Assembly: GCF_042231735.1 (NCBI RefSeq)
Contig: NZ_CP102577.1
Coordinates: forward strand, 3,039,281 to 3,103,280
Reading direction: 5' to 3'
Length of the DNA stretch: 64,000 nt
Origin: Corallococcus exercitus
GTDB lineage: Bacteria; Myxococcota; Myxococcia; Myxococcales; Myxococcaceae
Below the pieces are notes generated by a model. That model made no database searches, was not told where the DNA came from, and saw only the letters and a list, made by a program, of their open reading frames with translations. The position numbers were made by a program, and so were the translations under genes. This document shows, in pieces, positions 9,081 through 18,162 of the stretch (the first letter of the stretch is position 1; each line of letters begins with the position of its first letter).

Positions 9081-10062
9081 GGGCCACCTCCGCCTTCTCC
9101 TTCTTCTCCACCGGCTTGTTCAGCTGCACCGTCTTCCAGTAGTCGCTGGCGGGCTTGCCCTCCAGCACCGGCGGCTGCTGACCCACGGTCCATGGCGTCT
9201 TCGTCAGCGGGTAGCCCAGCCGCTCGCGCATCTGGAGATACCCTTCCGCGCACAGGCGCGCGTTGTCACGCACGCGCTTGATGAAATTGGCGCGCTCGGT
9301 GACGGAGATGGCGCCGCGCGCGTCCAGCAGGTTGAACGTGTGCGAGCACTTCAGCGCGTAGTCGTACGCGGGCATCGGCAGGTGGCGCTCGATGAGCCGC
9401 TTGCACTCCTTCTCGTACGCGTCGAACATCGAGAAGAGCATCTGCGGGTCGGACTCGTGGAGGGCGTACTTGCTCATCTCCACTTCGTTCGCGTGGAACA
9501 CCTCGCGGTACTTCACGCCCTTGACCCACTCGATGTCGTAGACGTTCTCCACGTTCTGCAGGTTCATGATCAGGCGCTCGAGCCCGTACGTCAGCTCCGC
9601 GGACACGGGGCGGCAGTCGAAGCCGCCGCACTGCTGGAAGTAGGTGAACTGCGTCACCTCCATCCCGTCGCACCACACCTCCCAGCCCAGGCCCCAGGCG
9701 CCCAGCGTGGGCGACTCCCAGTCGTCCTCCACGAAGCGGATGTCGTGCTCCAGCGGATCCATTCCCACCTTCCGCAGCGACTCCAGGTACAGCTCCTGGA
9801 CGTTCTTGGGCGCGGGCTTGAGGATGACCTGGAACTGGTGGTGCTGGAACAGGCGGTTCGGGTTCTCACCGAAGCGGCCGTCGGCGGGACGCCGCGAGGG
9901 CTGCACGTACGCGACGTTCCAGGGCTCGGGACCGAGCGCGCGGAGGAACGTGTACGGGGCCATCGTGCCCGCGCCGACTTCCGTGTCGTACGACTGGGTG
10001 ACGATGCATCCCTGGTCGGCCCAGTGCTTCTGGAGCGTGAGGATGAGGTCCTGGAAATACAT
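9070..10062 (-). CDS. glyQ: glycine--tRNA ligase alpha subunit
   Basis: 330 aa starting [19 protein letters not shown], highly conserved GlyQ. Confidence 0.92.
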   Translation of the reverse strand: MYFQDLILTLQKHWADQGCIVTQSYDTEVGAGTMAPYTFLRALGPEPWNVAYVQPSRRPADGRFGENPNRLFQHHQFQVILKPAPKNVQELYLESLRKVGMDPLEHDIRFVEDDWESPTLGAWGLGWEVWCDGMEVTQFTYFQQCGGFDCRPVSAELTYGLERLIMNLQNVENVYDIEWVKGVKYREVFHANEVEMSKYALHESDPQMLFSMFDAYEKECKRLIERHLPMPAYDYALKCSHTFNLLDARGAISVTERANFIKRVRDNARLCAEGYLQMRERLGYPLTKTPWTVGQQPPVLEGKPASDYWKTVQLNKPVEKKEKAEVARGA

Positions 10063-10151
10063 GATGGCGAGTCCTTCTCGCAGTGCGTCGAAGGCAGAGG
10101 CGGAACGCGGCGGACCCTAGTGAGGGGGTCCAGGAGCGTCAAGGACGGCCA

Positions 10152-12434
10152 TCAGTCCGCGTAGGCCGGGAGGTCGGCCAGTCGAATCTGCAGCTTCGTC
10201 ACCTCGCCCGGACGAATGGGAGCGGACAACAGCTTGCTCGTCCCACCGGGGTCCTGCGGGTCCACCACGCGCAGCCGGTACGTCCCGATGGGCAGTGGGA
10301 ACTTGATGAGCGGGGACGTGCCCAGCTGCGTGGCGCCGTCGAACACCGCCGCGTTCTTCGGCACCGTGTAGAGCGTCAGCCAGCCCAGGCCCGCCTTCGC
10401 CGCGCCATGCGAGGTGGAGGTGTCGAGCACCTCCGGGTTCTCGGTCTGCGTGACGGTGGTGACGGGCTCCGGAGGCCACTCCGAGGGCTCGGGCTTCGCG
10501 GGGCGCGGCTCGGCCTTCGCCACCGCGGGCGCGGCGGGAGTGGCGGCCGGAGCACTGGGGGCCGGCTTCGTCTTGCGGCCACCCTTGCCCGCGGGCGTCT
10601 TCTTCGTGTCGACGGTCGTGGCGTCCACCACGGGCTCGGACGGAGGCGGCTCCACCTCCGGCGTCTTCTGGGGCTCCGGGGTTTCGGTCTTCTGGACGAA
10701 GCCCGGCGGAGGACCGGAGGGCTTCGGCGGCCACGCGCCGTTCGCGGCGGGGTCCACGGGCGGGGCCGGATCCAGCTCCGCCTTCACCCACTGCTTCGCG
10801 GAGTCGTACGCGGGCATGAACAGGCGGCGCACGGGCTCGAGCGTCGCCGCGTAGCCCACGCCCCCCAGGATGAGGAGCAGCAGCAGCCGCATGCCCCAGC
10901 CGGAGCTTTCGCGGGCAGGCGCGGGCGCGGGAGGCGCTTCGGCGACCTCCTCCTCCTCATGGCGGGACGGCCGCGCGGTGCCCCGCGCCGGACGGGTGCG
11001 GAAGCGCTGCGTCTGGAGATCGCTGGGCGGATCCATCAGCGGCCCTGACGGGGGCGCGCCGCGGGCCTCGGCGGGTTCGGGCCTCGCGATGGGACGTGCC
11101 CGCGAGGGCCGCACGGCGTCAGCGGGAGGACGGATGACCCGGGGAATGGGCGCCGCGTCCGAACCCGAGGGCCGCTGTGCTCGCGGGGTGACCGTCGGCG
11201 TGTTGACGCGGGAGGCGCGGGCCTCGGGGGCTTCAGCGGCGGGGCGCGGGGTCGCGCGCGGGGCGGGCGTCGCGGACTCGGTCGCGGTGCGGCGGACGGG
11301 CGTGGGCTTGAAGGACGCGGCGACGTCCGGCTGCGGGGCTTCCGCGTGCGGCGACTTCACCTGCGCGGTGGCCGCGGCGGCGGCTTGATCCGTGCCCTCC
11401 TCGGCCTGGAGCGCACCGGCGGCCTCGCTGACGCGGGCGTCCTCGGCGCGGCTGGCCAGCTCCAGGAGGGTGCGCGTCTTCTGGCGCTTCTCCTCGAAGA
11501 GCTCGCCCATGACGGCGGTCATCTGGTCTTCGTCGAACAGCTCCGCGCCCAGCGTGGCCTCGATGGCGCGCGCCATCTCCCGGCAGGTGCCGAAGCGCTG
11601 GGCCGCGTCGCGCGACAGCGCCTTGAGCACCACCGCTTCCAGGGCCTCCGGCACGGCCGCGTTGAGCGAGCGCGGCGCGGGGATGTCCCCGTCCACGATC
11701 TGCATCATCACGGCCGCCTCGCCCGGCGCGTTGAACAGGCGCTGTCCGGCCAGCAGCTCGTGGAACATCACCCCCGTGGAGAACTGGTCGCTGCGGCCAT
11801 CCAGGTCCTTGTTGCGCACCTGCTCCGGGGACATGTACCCGCTGGTCCCCTTCACGGTGCCCACCTGCGTGCGGCCCAGCTTGCCGCGCGCCTTGGCGAT
11901 GCCGAAGTCGATCACCTTCACGACGCCGTCGTAGGTGAGCATCACGTTCTTCGGCGACACGTCGCGGTGCACCACCGCCACGGGGCGGCCCGACGGATCC
12001 ATGAAGTGGTGGGCGTAGTGCAGGCCCAGGCACGTGTCGCGGATGACGCGCGCGCTGAAGCCCAGCGGCAGCGCGTACTTGCGCCGCTCCGCCATCTTCA
12101 CCACCTGCTCCAGGTTCTGGCCGGGCAGGAACTCCATGGCGAGGTACAGCTCGCCGTCCTCCTCGCCCAGGTCGAACACCTGTCCGATGTTCGCGTGCGA
12201 GAAGGCCGCGGTGATGCGCGCCTCGTCGAGGAACATCTTGACGAACTGGTCGTCCTTCTTGATGTCGGGGAGGATCTGCTTCACCGCCACGAACTTGCGG
12301 AAGCCACCGGGGCCGGAGGTGAACGCGAGGAACAGCTCCGCCATCCCTCCCATCGAGAGGCGCGTCAGGATCTCGTACTTTCCGATGCGCCGCCCCCGGT
12401 CGGGATCTTCTCCGGCGCCACCCTGCATGCTCAT
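10152..12434 (-). CDS. Ser/Thr protein kinase with Pro-rich linker and C-terminal PEGA-like domain
   Basis: The Hanks kinase core (IGKYEILTRLSMGGMAELF ... HRDVSPKNVML ... DFGIAK ... SGYMSPEQ) begins at MSMQGG (ATG 12434). A long P/A/E-rich region follows, then a C-terminal TVPKNAAVFDGATQLGTSPL...GTYRLRV PEGA-like beta domain. Confidence 0.8.
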   Translation of the reverse strand: MSMQGGAGEDPDRGRRIGKYEILTRLSMGGMAELFLAFTSGPGGFRKFVAVKQILPDIKKDDQFVKMFLDEARITAAFSHANIGQVFDLGEEDGELYLAMEFLPGQNLEQVVKMAERRKYALPLGFSARVIRDTCLGLHYAHHFMDPSGRPVAVVHRDVSPKNVMLTYDGVVKVIDFGIAKARGKLGRTQVGTVKGTSGYMSPEQVRNKDLDGRSDQFSTGVMFHELLAGQRLFNAPGEAAVMMQIVDGDIPAPRSLNAAVPEALEAVVLKALSRDAAQRFGTCREMARAIEATLGAELFDEDQMTAVMGELFEEKRQKTRTLLELASRAEDARVSEAAGALQAEEGTDQAAAAATAQVKSPHAEAPQPDVAASFKPTPVRRTATESATPAPRATPRPAAEAPEARASRVNTPTVTPRAQRPSGSDAAPIPRVIRPPADAVRPSRARPIARPEPAEARGAPPSGPLMDPPSDLQTQRFRTRPARGTARPSRHEEEEVAEAPPAPAPARESSGWGMRLLLLLILGGVGYAATLEPVRRLFMPAYDSAKQWVKAELDPAPPVDPAANGAWPPKPSGPPPGFVQKTETPEPQKTPEVEPPPSEPVVDATTVDTKKTPAGKGGRKTKPAPSAPAATPAAPAVAKAEPRPAKPEPSEWPPEPVTTVTQTENPEVLDTSTSHGAAKAGLGWLTLYTVPKNAAVFDGATQLGTSPLIKFPLPIGTYRLRVVDPQDPGGTSKLLSAPIRPGEVTKLQIRLADLPAYAD

Positions 12435-12529
12435 GGCGGGGGCGGATGTTACCCGCCGAACCCTCCCAGGTCGATGATCGTCTTTCCAGACGGCCCGCCC
12501 CCCGGAGCCAGGAGCCCCGGGAAAGCGGT

Positions 12530-13318
12530 TTAGGCACCGAACCGCTGGCGCCGCACGTCGAGCATCCAGCCTTCGAGGGCGGCCACGGCCGCCGGCGGTG
12601 GCTCCAGGGGCAACACGGAGGCCGCGTCCGCCGCATCCAGCACCGCGAAGGCGCGCGCCACCTCCTGCTGCCACTGCTCGCTGAGCGCGTCGGTCAGCTC
12701 GATGCGCTCACCGCTCCGCTTGCGCTCCACCAGCGCGCGGGCCTCGCCAAAGCCATACGGCTCCAGCAGCGCGGTGACGTCCGTCTCCACCTCGCCCGTG
12801 CGCAGCGCATGCGTTCCGGTGAGCGTGGTGCGCAGCACGTACAGCAGCTTCTTCACGGAGCGGAAGCCGCTCTTCTCCCACTCGCGGAGCTGGCCCTGCG
12901 CGAAGCCGCGGTAGTGCCGGTGGATGCGCCGCGACAGCACGGCCCGGACCCGCGGCCGCAGCGTCTCCAGCTCCGGCAGGGCCCGCACGGTGATGGCGCC
13001 CAGCACCCGCTCGATGTAGTTGCCGTTGCCCTGGAGGATGCCCAGCAGCACGGGCTGCAGCTCGTTGGACGAGTAGTCCACCTCCACGCCCTCCAGCACC
13101 TCCAGCCGCTCCGCCGGCACGTGCCGGGGCTGGAGCCCGAGGAGCGCGGCGGTGGGCGCGATGTGGATGGCCTTGAGGTCCAGGTCGCTGTCCTGCGACG
13201 GGAAGCCGTACGCATGCGCGCCGGACAGCGAGATGACCAGGTGCTCGCGATGGAGGGACTCGGCGTCCAGCACGCGGTCCGCCATCCGCTCCTGATGTTC
13301 CGTCACCCTGCCCTTCAT
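12530..13318 (-). CDS. predicted nucleotidyltransferase (Pol-beta superfamily, YcgL/RlaP-like)
   Basis: Contains the GS-x10-DxD-type motif LSGAHAYGFPSQDSDLDL and a downstream HYRGFAQGQL helix. The start ATG 13318 (MKGRV) overlaps the upstream stop as ATGA. The ORF-track N-terminal extension is an overlap with the upstream gene. Confidence 0.55.
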   Translation of the reverse strand: MKGRVTEHQERMADRVLDAESLHREHLVISLSGAHAYGFPSQDSDLDLKAIHIAPTAALLGLQPRHVPAERLEVLEGVEVDYSSNELQPVLLGILQGNGNYIERVLGAITVRALPELETLRPRVRAVLSRRIHRHYRGFAQGQLREWEKSGFRSVKKLLYVLRTTLTGTHALRTGEVETDVTALLEPYGFGEARALVERKRSGERIELTDALSEQWQQEVARAFAVLDAADAASVLPLEPPPAAVAALEGWMLDVRRQRFGA

Positions 13319-14604
13319 TCCGTCCCTCCTTCCAGTGCCGGGGCTTCCGGCGCATCGCTGCCCAGCGGTCCAGGCGTCTTCAAGACCCAGCGCCGAGCCA
13401 CTTCCTCCCCTACCCGCCGCAGCAACCGGTCCGCGCGGGCGTAGTCCGGATGCTCCGGCAACCGGCTCTCGCGGTGCGCGGCCTCCAGCTCCGGCGCCAT
13501 CGCCTCGGCGTCGCGCAGCACGTCCTCCAGTGGCACCTGCCCGCCCTTGATGTCGAGCAGCCGCGCCTTCAACGCCCCCGTCGCCTCGAAGGAGGGCACG
13601 CCGTCGCGCAGCCACCCCGTCGCCAGCGCCACCAGCCGCAGCAGGTTGTAGGCGTTCTTCGGCCGCAGCTCCCGGGCGGACGGAGGACGCTGCCCGCCGC
13701 CGCGTGCGTACGCGGTGAGCGCCGCGAAGTCGTTCGCCGCGAGCAGCCCCTGGTCCCAGAGCGAGCGGTAGAGCTGCTTCACGTACGTCTTCGCCGCGAG
13801 CACCCCGTCCTCGGGCGTGGGCGCGGCGCGGGGCGACACCGCGGCCAGGCGACGGGCCACCTCGTCCAGGTCGGGCGTGGGCTCCTCGCACAGCCACGCG
13901 AGGAGCAGGTCGCGGTGCTCGGCCAGCCGCTGGCTGCGGGTGAGCTTGTCGAGCTGGCTCATGGCGTAGCGCCCGAAGCTGCCGAAGATGGCCTTGGAGA
14001 CGAACGCCTCGCGTGCCTCCAGCACCCACGTGCCCAGCTCATCCACCGGCGTCGCGCCGGGGACGAAGAGGGTCTCCAGCGTGTTCGGATCCGCGCGCAG
14101 CGCCTGCTCCACCGTCTTGCGGACCTCCCAGTACGTGGTGCTGCCATCCGCGCTCACCAGGTCCTGCGGCGGCTGCCCCAGGCCCAGCGTCCACGGCAGG
14201 GGCAGTGCGAAGACACCGCGAACGTCCACGTCGGAGCGCTCATCCGCGAGCCCCCACGCGTGACTGCCCACGCGCGTCTCCAGCACCACGCACGGCCGCA
14301 ACGCATTCCAGGCGGCCTCACGCCGCTGGGCGAACTGCACCTGTCCCGTGCGCCGGGGCACCAGCTCATCGCGCGCGAACCACACCTCGCCCACGCCGAC
14401 GATCTGCACGTCGAAGCCGCCGTCATGCGCACGCACCACGCGGCCGATCACGCCCTGTGGAATCCGGCGCCCCCCGGACGCCACGCGCTCCACGCGCGTC
14501 GTGACCTCCGTGCCGTGCGGCAGGGGCACGGACAGCCGGTCGATCTGCTCCAATCCCCGGACCCGCGCCGGGGTGGAGGAAGCGGTCTCTCGGGTGTCAC
14601 TCAT
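13315..14604 (-). CDS. predicted nucleotidyltransferase paralog with N-terminal extra domain
   Basis: Motif GSHAWGLADERSDVDVRGVF plus FGSFGRYAMSQL, parallel to the downstream gene. ATG 14604 (MSDTRE) is preceded by AGGAGG with 5-nt spacing. Confidence 0.55.
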   Translation of the reverse strand: MSDTRETASSTPARVRGLEQIDRLSVPLPHGTEVTTRVERVASGGRRIPQGVIGRVVRAHDGGFDVQIVGVGEVWFARDELVPRRTGQVQFAQRREAAWNALRPCVVLETRVGSHAWGLADERSDVDVRGVFALPLPWTLGLGQPPQDLVSADGSTTYWEVRKTVEQALRADPNTLETLFVPGATPVDELGTWVLEAREAFVSKAIFGSFGRYAMSQLDKLTRSQRLAEHRDLLLAWLCEEPTPDLDEVARRLAAVSPRAAPTPEDGVLAAKTYVKQLYRSLWDQGLLAANDFAALTAYARGGGQRPPSARELRPKNAYNLLRLVALATGWLRDGVPSFEATGALKARLLDIKGGQVPLEDVLRDAEAMAPELEAAHRESRLPEHPDYARADRLLRRVGEEVARRWVLKTPGPLGSDAPEAPALEGGTE

Positions 14605-14682
14605 CGGTCCCTCCTGCGTGGGATGGTGGGCCACGGTGGACGCAGCGAAGCACGCGAGCCTGACCCGGCACGGCGCTTCCCG

Positions 14683-15708
14683 TCAGCGCGCGATGCGTCG
14701 CACGTCGTCGGGCGCGGAAGACCGCGTGGGCAGCAGTGCCTCCACCTCGGACGCCATGGGGAGCGCCGCCACCGCGCCCAGCTTCGTCACCACCCGAGCC
14801 CCCACGCCCGCGGCGAAGGTCATCAGCGCGACCAGGTCCTCGCGCGTCGCCCCCTCCAGCGAGCGCGCGTCGCCATACCCGCGCACGAGCCCGGTCAACA
14901 TCGCGGACACGAAGCCGTCCCCCGCGCCTGTCGTGTCCACCACCGTCACCTGGGGAGCGGGGACGGAGAGGACCTCGCCCTGCCAGAGGAACACCGCGCC
15001 GCGCGGGCCCAGCGTCACCACCGGCAGCCGCACACCCCGCGCGGCCAGGACGTGCAAGGCCGCCTCGGGCGAGTGCTCACCGGTCGCGAAGTGGATCTCC
15101 TCCTCGGACAGCTTCACCACCGTGCACAGCGGCAGCATGCGGCCCAGGAGGACGCGCAGCTCCTCGGGCCGTTCCCAGACGTGCAGCCGCAGGTTCGGAT
15201 CACAGCTCACCAGCATCCCGGCATCACGCGCCAGGGTGAGCATGCGCACCATCGCCTCGCGCGCCTCCGGCAGGAGCAGGGAGTTGGAGCCACAGTGCAG
15301 CGCCTTCGCACGCCGCACGAAGTCGCCATCCACGTCCGAGCCATCCAGCAGGAACTCGGCCGAACGCGTCCGGAAGTACGTGAAGCTGCGCTCGCCGTGC
15401 GCATCCAGCGAGACGAACAGCAGGCCGGTGCGGGCGTGGTCCACCTGGCGCAGGCGGCTGACGTCGACGCCCTCCGCCGCCAGCCGGTCGCGCAGGAAGT
15501 GGCCGAACTCGTCGGACCCCACCACGCCCACCATCGCCGAGCGCAGGCCCAGCCGCGCGAGCCCCACGGAGACGTTGGCCGGCGAGCCCCCCGGCGATGG
15601 CTTCCAGGCCTCCACGTCCCGCACGCGCGTGGCGCCGCCCGACACGGGAAGGAAGTCCACCAGCGTCTCGCCGACACACACCACGTCCAGCGGTCCGGCC
15701 TCGTGCAT
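14683..15708 (-). CDS. PfkB-family carbohydrate kinase (fructokinase/ribokinase-like)
   Basis: Starts MHEAGPLDVVCVGETLVDF; GG.P.N motif SPGGSPANV; C-terminal DTTGAGDGF anion-hole motif. Confidence 0.75.
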   Translation of the reverse strand: MHEAGPLDVVCVGETLVDFLPVSGGATRVRDVEAWKPSPGGSPANVSVGLARLGLRSAMVGVVGSDEFGHFLRDRLAAEGVDVSRLRQVDHARTGLLFVSLDAHGERSFTYFRTRSAEFLLDGSDVDGDFVRRAKALHCGSNSLLLPEAREAMVRMLTLARDAGMLVSCDPNLRLHVWERPEELRVLLGRMLPLCTVVKLSEEEIHFATGEHSPEAALHVLAARGVRLPVVTLGPRGAVFLWQGEVLSVPAPQVTVVDTTGAGDGFVSAMLTGLVRGYGDARSLEGATREDLVALMTFAAGVGARVVTKLGAVAALPMASEVEALLPTRSSAPDDVRRIAR

Positions 15709-15740
15709 GACACTTCCCCCTGGGGACCGCGCGCTGCCCG

Positions 15741-16475
15741 TCAGTCCAGGCCCACCTGCGCCATGAAGTCCACGCTCTTGAGCTTGCGGCCCAGGTGGTG
15801 CGCGATGAAGACGTTGAGCAGTCCCCGCGCCCGCGCGCGAAGGTCCGGAGGCAGCGGCGTGCGCGCGCCCTCCTGGAGCGAACGCAGGCCGGACAGCAGC
15901 GCCACCGGCACCGCGACCGAATCCCGCGCGCGTCCGCCACACGGCTCGCACACCGCGCCACCGTGGCCCTGGTCGAACCGGGGCCGTTCGCCGGGCAGGC
16001 CGCCGCACAGCGAGCAGGAGTCGAAGCGCGGCATCAGCCCCGCCTGCGCCAGCGCCGCCAGCTCGAACGCGAGCAACGACGTGGGCCCGGCCTCCTTCGC
16101 GTCCAGCCGGTGCAGGTAGCCCTCCACCAGCTCGAACAGCTCCGGGTGCGGCTCGTGGTCGCGCGTGAGCTCGCGGCACAGCTCCACCGCGTACAGCGCC
16201 CGGGCGATGAGCGACAGGTCCTCGCGCGCCGCGTAGAAGCCCGCGACGATGTCCGCCGAGTCCAGCCGCACCGTGCTGCCGCGCGTCTCCACCAACTGCA
16301 CGCGCAGCCGCATGAACGGCTCCAGCGCACCCGCGAACCGGCGCTTGCTCTTGCGCGCTCCCGCTGCGAACGCGGTCAGCTTGCCGTGCTCGCGCGTCAG
16401 CAACGTCACCAGCCGGTCGGACTCACCATAGTCGACCGTGGACAGCACGAACGCGTCGTCGGCGTACCGCTCCAT
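15741..16475 (-). CDS. recO: DNA repair protein RecO
   Basis: 244 aa with an OB-fold N-terminus and a C4 zinc motif (CSLCGG...CEPCGG). Confidence 0.8.
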   Translation of the reverse strand: MERYADDAFVLSTVDYGESDRLVTLLTREHGKLTAFAAGARKSKRRFAGALEPFMRLRVQLVETRGSTVRLDSADIVAGFYAAREDLSLIARALYAVELCRELTRDHEPHPELFELVEGYLHRLDAKEAGPTSLLAFELAALAQAGLMPRFDSCSLCGGLPGERPRFDQGHGGAVCEPCGGRARDSVAVPVALLSGLRSLQEGARTPLPPDLRARARGLLNVFIAHHLGRKLKSVDFMAQVGLD

Positions 16476-16484
16476 AACCCCTCT

Positions 16485-16871
16485 TCAACGCGCCGAGGGG
16501 GGCGGAAGCTTCCCGGTCAGCACCAGGAACAGGGCCGCGCCCAGGAGCAGGACCGCCAGCAGCACGGCCAGGATGACGTACGCCCGCTTGCGCCGCTCCT
16601 TCTCCAGTTGCACCGGCGAAGGCGCGGGCACCGCCCGGTCCACCTCCTCGTAGCGCAGCGCCGCTTCCTCCGGCGACAGGCCGATGACCTGCGCGTACGC
16701 GCGGATGTAGTTCAGCACGAACACGCGCTCGGGCAGCCGTTCCACCTGCCCCGCCTCCAGCGCCGCGACGAGGCTGGGGGGAATCTTCGTCTCCCGGGAG
16801 ACGTCCTCGCGCGACAGGCCGCGAAGCTCGCGCTGCTGGCTGAGGTATTTGCCGAAGTCGACGTGGTCCAC
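16485..16871 (-). CDS. XRE-type HTH protein with one transmembrane segment (RodZ-N-like)
   Basis: HTH LSQQRELRGLSREDVSRETKIPPSLVAALEAG, followed by a hydrophobic stretch AYVILAVLLAVLLLGAALFLVL. Confidence 0.55.
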   Translation of the reverse strand: MDHVDFGKYLSQQRELRGLSREDVSRETKIPPSLVAALEAGQVERLPERVFVLNYIRAYAQVIGLSPEEAALRYEEVDRAVPAPSPVQLEKERRKRAYVILAVLLAVLLLGAALFLVLTGKLPPPSAR

Positions 16872-16892
16872 GGTCTTTCGGGGCCCCCGCGC

Positions 16893-17651
16893 CTAGAGGT
16901 GGTCCAGCAGTGAGCGGCAGTCGTCCTTGAGCACCTGCTCGTTGGGCTGGGCCTTGGACTCGCAGCCCGCGAACGCCTTCTTCGCCTCCTCCACCCGCCC
17001 GAGCTTCGCCTGGCACACGCCTTCGCGGTGGTAGGCCTCCGCCACGTCCGGGCACCGCTCACGGTAGTGCGCGAACTGCCGGCACGCCTCCTCCGTCTTG
17101 CCCGTCTCGTCGTAGATGATGCCCAGGTTCTTGTAGCCCAGGCAGAACTCCGGGTTGGTGGTGATGGCCGCCTTGATGTTCTGCAGCGCGTTCACCGTGT
17201 CGCCCTTCTTGTAGAGCGCCCAGCCCAGGTTGTTCTGCGCGGAGAAGCCGTAGCGGTACTGCATGTCGTTGAGCGACTCCTCGTACAGCTTGATGGCGTC
17301 GTCGTAGCGGCCCTGATCCAGGCGCAGGTTGCCCAGGTTGGTGCGCGCGTCGGAGAAGGTCGGCCGCAACTTCAGCGCCTGCTCGTAGTGGGATGACGCC
17401 TCGTCGAGCCTCCGGAAGGACAGGTGCAGCAGCAGCCCCACCGCGTTGTGGGCCTCCGGGTTGGACGGGTTCTGCTCCAGCGCCTTCTGGTACTCCGCGA
17501 GCGCGTCCTGCACGTGGCCGTGCTGCTGGGCCTGGATGCCCAGGTCGTAGTGGATCTCCGAGCTCCGGCGCTCCTTCTCCGTGGGGACGTGCGCGCAGCC
17601 CGCCGACGCGAGCGCGAACGCGAGGAAGCAGGAGGAAGTGATGCGGGACAT
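16893..17651 (-). CDS. TPR-repeat lipoprotein (Tgl/PilF-like)
   Basis: ATG 17651 gives MSRITSSCFLAFALASAGC lipobox. It has about 6 TPR repeats and several Cys. Size and architecture resemble secretin-assembly TPR lipoproteins (PilF/Tgl class). Confidence 0.65.
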   Translation of the reverse strand: MSRITSSCFLAFALASAGCAHVPTEKERRSSEIHYDLGIQAQQHGHVQDALAEYQKALEQNPSNPEAHNAVGLLLHLSFRRLDEASSHYEQALKLRPTFSDARTNLGNLRLDQGRYDDAIKLYEESLNDMQYRYGFSAQNNLGWALYKKGDTVNALQNIKAAITTNPEFCLGYKNLGIIYDETGKTEEACRQFAHYRERCPDVAEAYHREGVCQAKLGRVEEAKKAFAGCESKAQPNEQVLKDDCRSLLDHL

Positions 17652-17674
17652 GGGTGCCAATCCGGGGTGGAGGG

Positions 17675-18139
17675 TCAGAACGCGGCCAGGAAGCGGCCCA
17701 GGGTGGTGGCGACGTTGCGCTTCTCTTCGGCGCGGGCCTTCACGGCGGGCACGAGCGTGGGCTCCCGGAAGAACACGGGCAGCGTCTTGAGCCACTCGTC
17801 CTGCTGCGCGGGCGCCGCGGCGCGCCAGTTCGCGTTGTCCATCATGAAGCCCAGCGACTCCACGAACGCGAGCGCGTCGTCCTCGTCCTCACGCAGCTCG
17901 TCCGCGGACTGGATGCGCCGGCCGGACACGTACACCGCGCAGTCCCCCGCTTCCACGAGGTACAGGTACACGAAGACGCCCGCGCCCTGCCCTCCGCGCA
18001 GCCCCACCACGAAGGCCTGCGCGGGCCCGGCCTGCTTGCCGGGAATCGCCACGTGCGGCGTGTTGAGGGACAGGTGCAGCGCGAGCACCTGGTCGCGGTT
18101 CGCGGGGAGGCCCCGGTAGCGCTCGTCGATGGTGAACAC
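17675..18139 (-). CDS. hypothetical protein
   Basis: 154 aa ORF with good GC3 bias and no recognisable motif. Confidence 0.45.
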   Translation of the reverse strand: MFTIDERYRGLPANRDQVLALHLSLNTPHVAIPGKQAGPAQAFVVGLRGGQGAGVFVYLYLVEAGDCAVYVSGRRIQSADELREDEDDALAFVESLGFMMDNANWRAAAPAQQDEWLKTLPVFFREPTLVPAVKARAEEKRNVATTLGRFLAAF

Positions 18140-18162
18140 CGTCGTCTCCCTTCCCGCGCACC

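Noticed and set aside
10300-11400. Repetitive Pro/Ala/Glu/Thr tracts (for example PAPAPA, TPAPRATPRPAAEAPEA) that could be mistaken for direct-repeat arrays
   Set aside because: They are in-frame low-complexity linkers of the Ser/Thr kinase. There is no CRISPR-like spacing or repeat conservation, and no cas genes are in the window.
13319-14029. N-terminal 237-codon extension of the downstream nucleotidyltransferase ORF
   Set aside because: It overlaps the upstream paralog in another frame and is Gly/Arg/Ala low complexity. The ATGA-coupled start at 13318 fits better.
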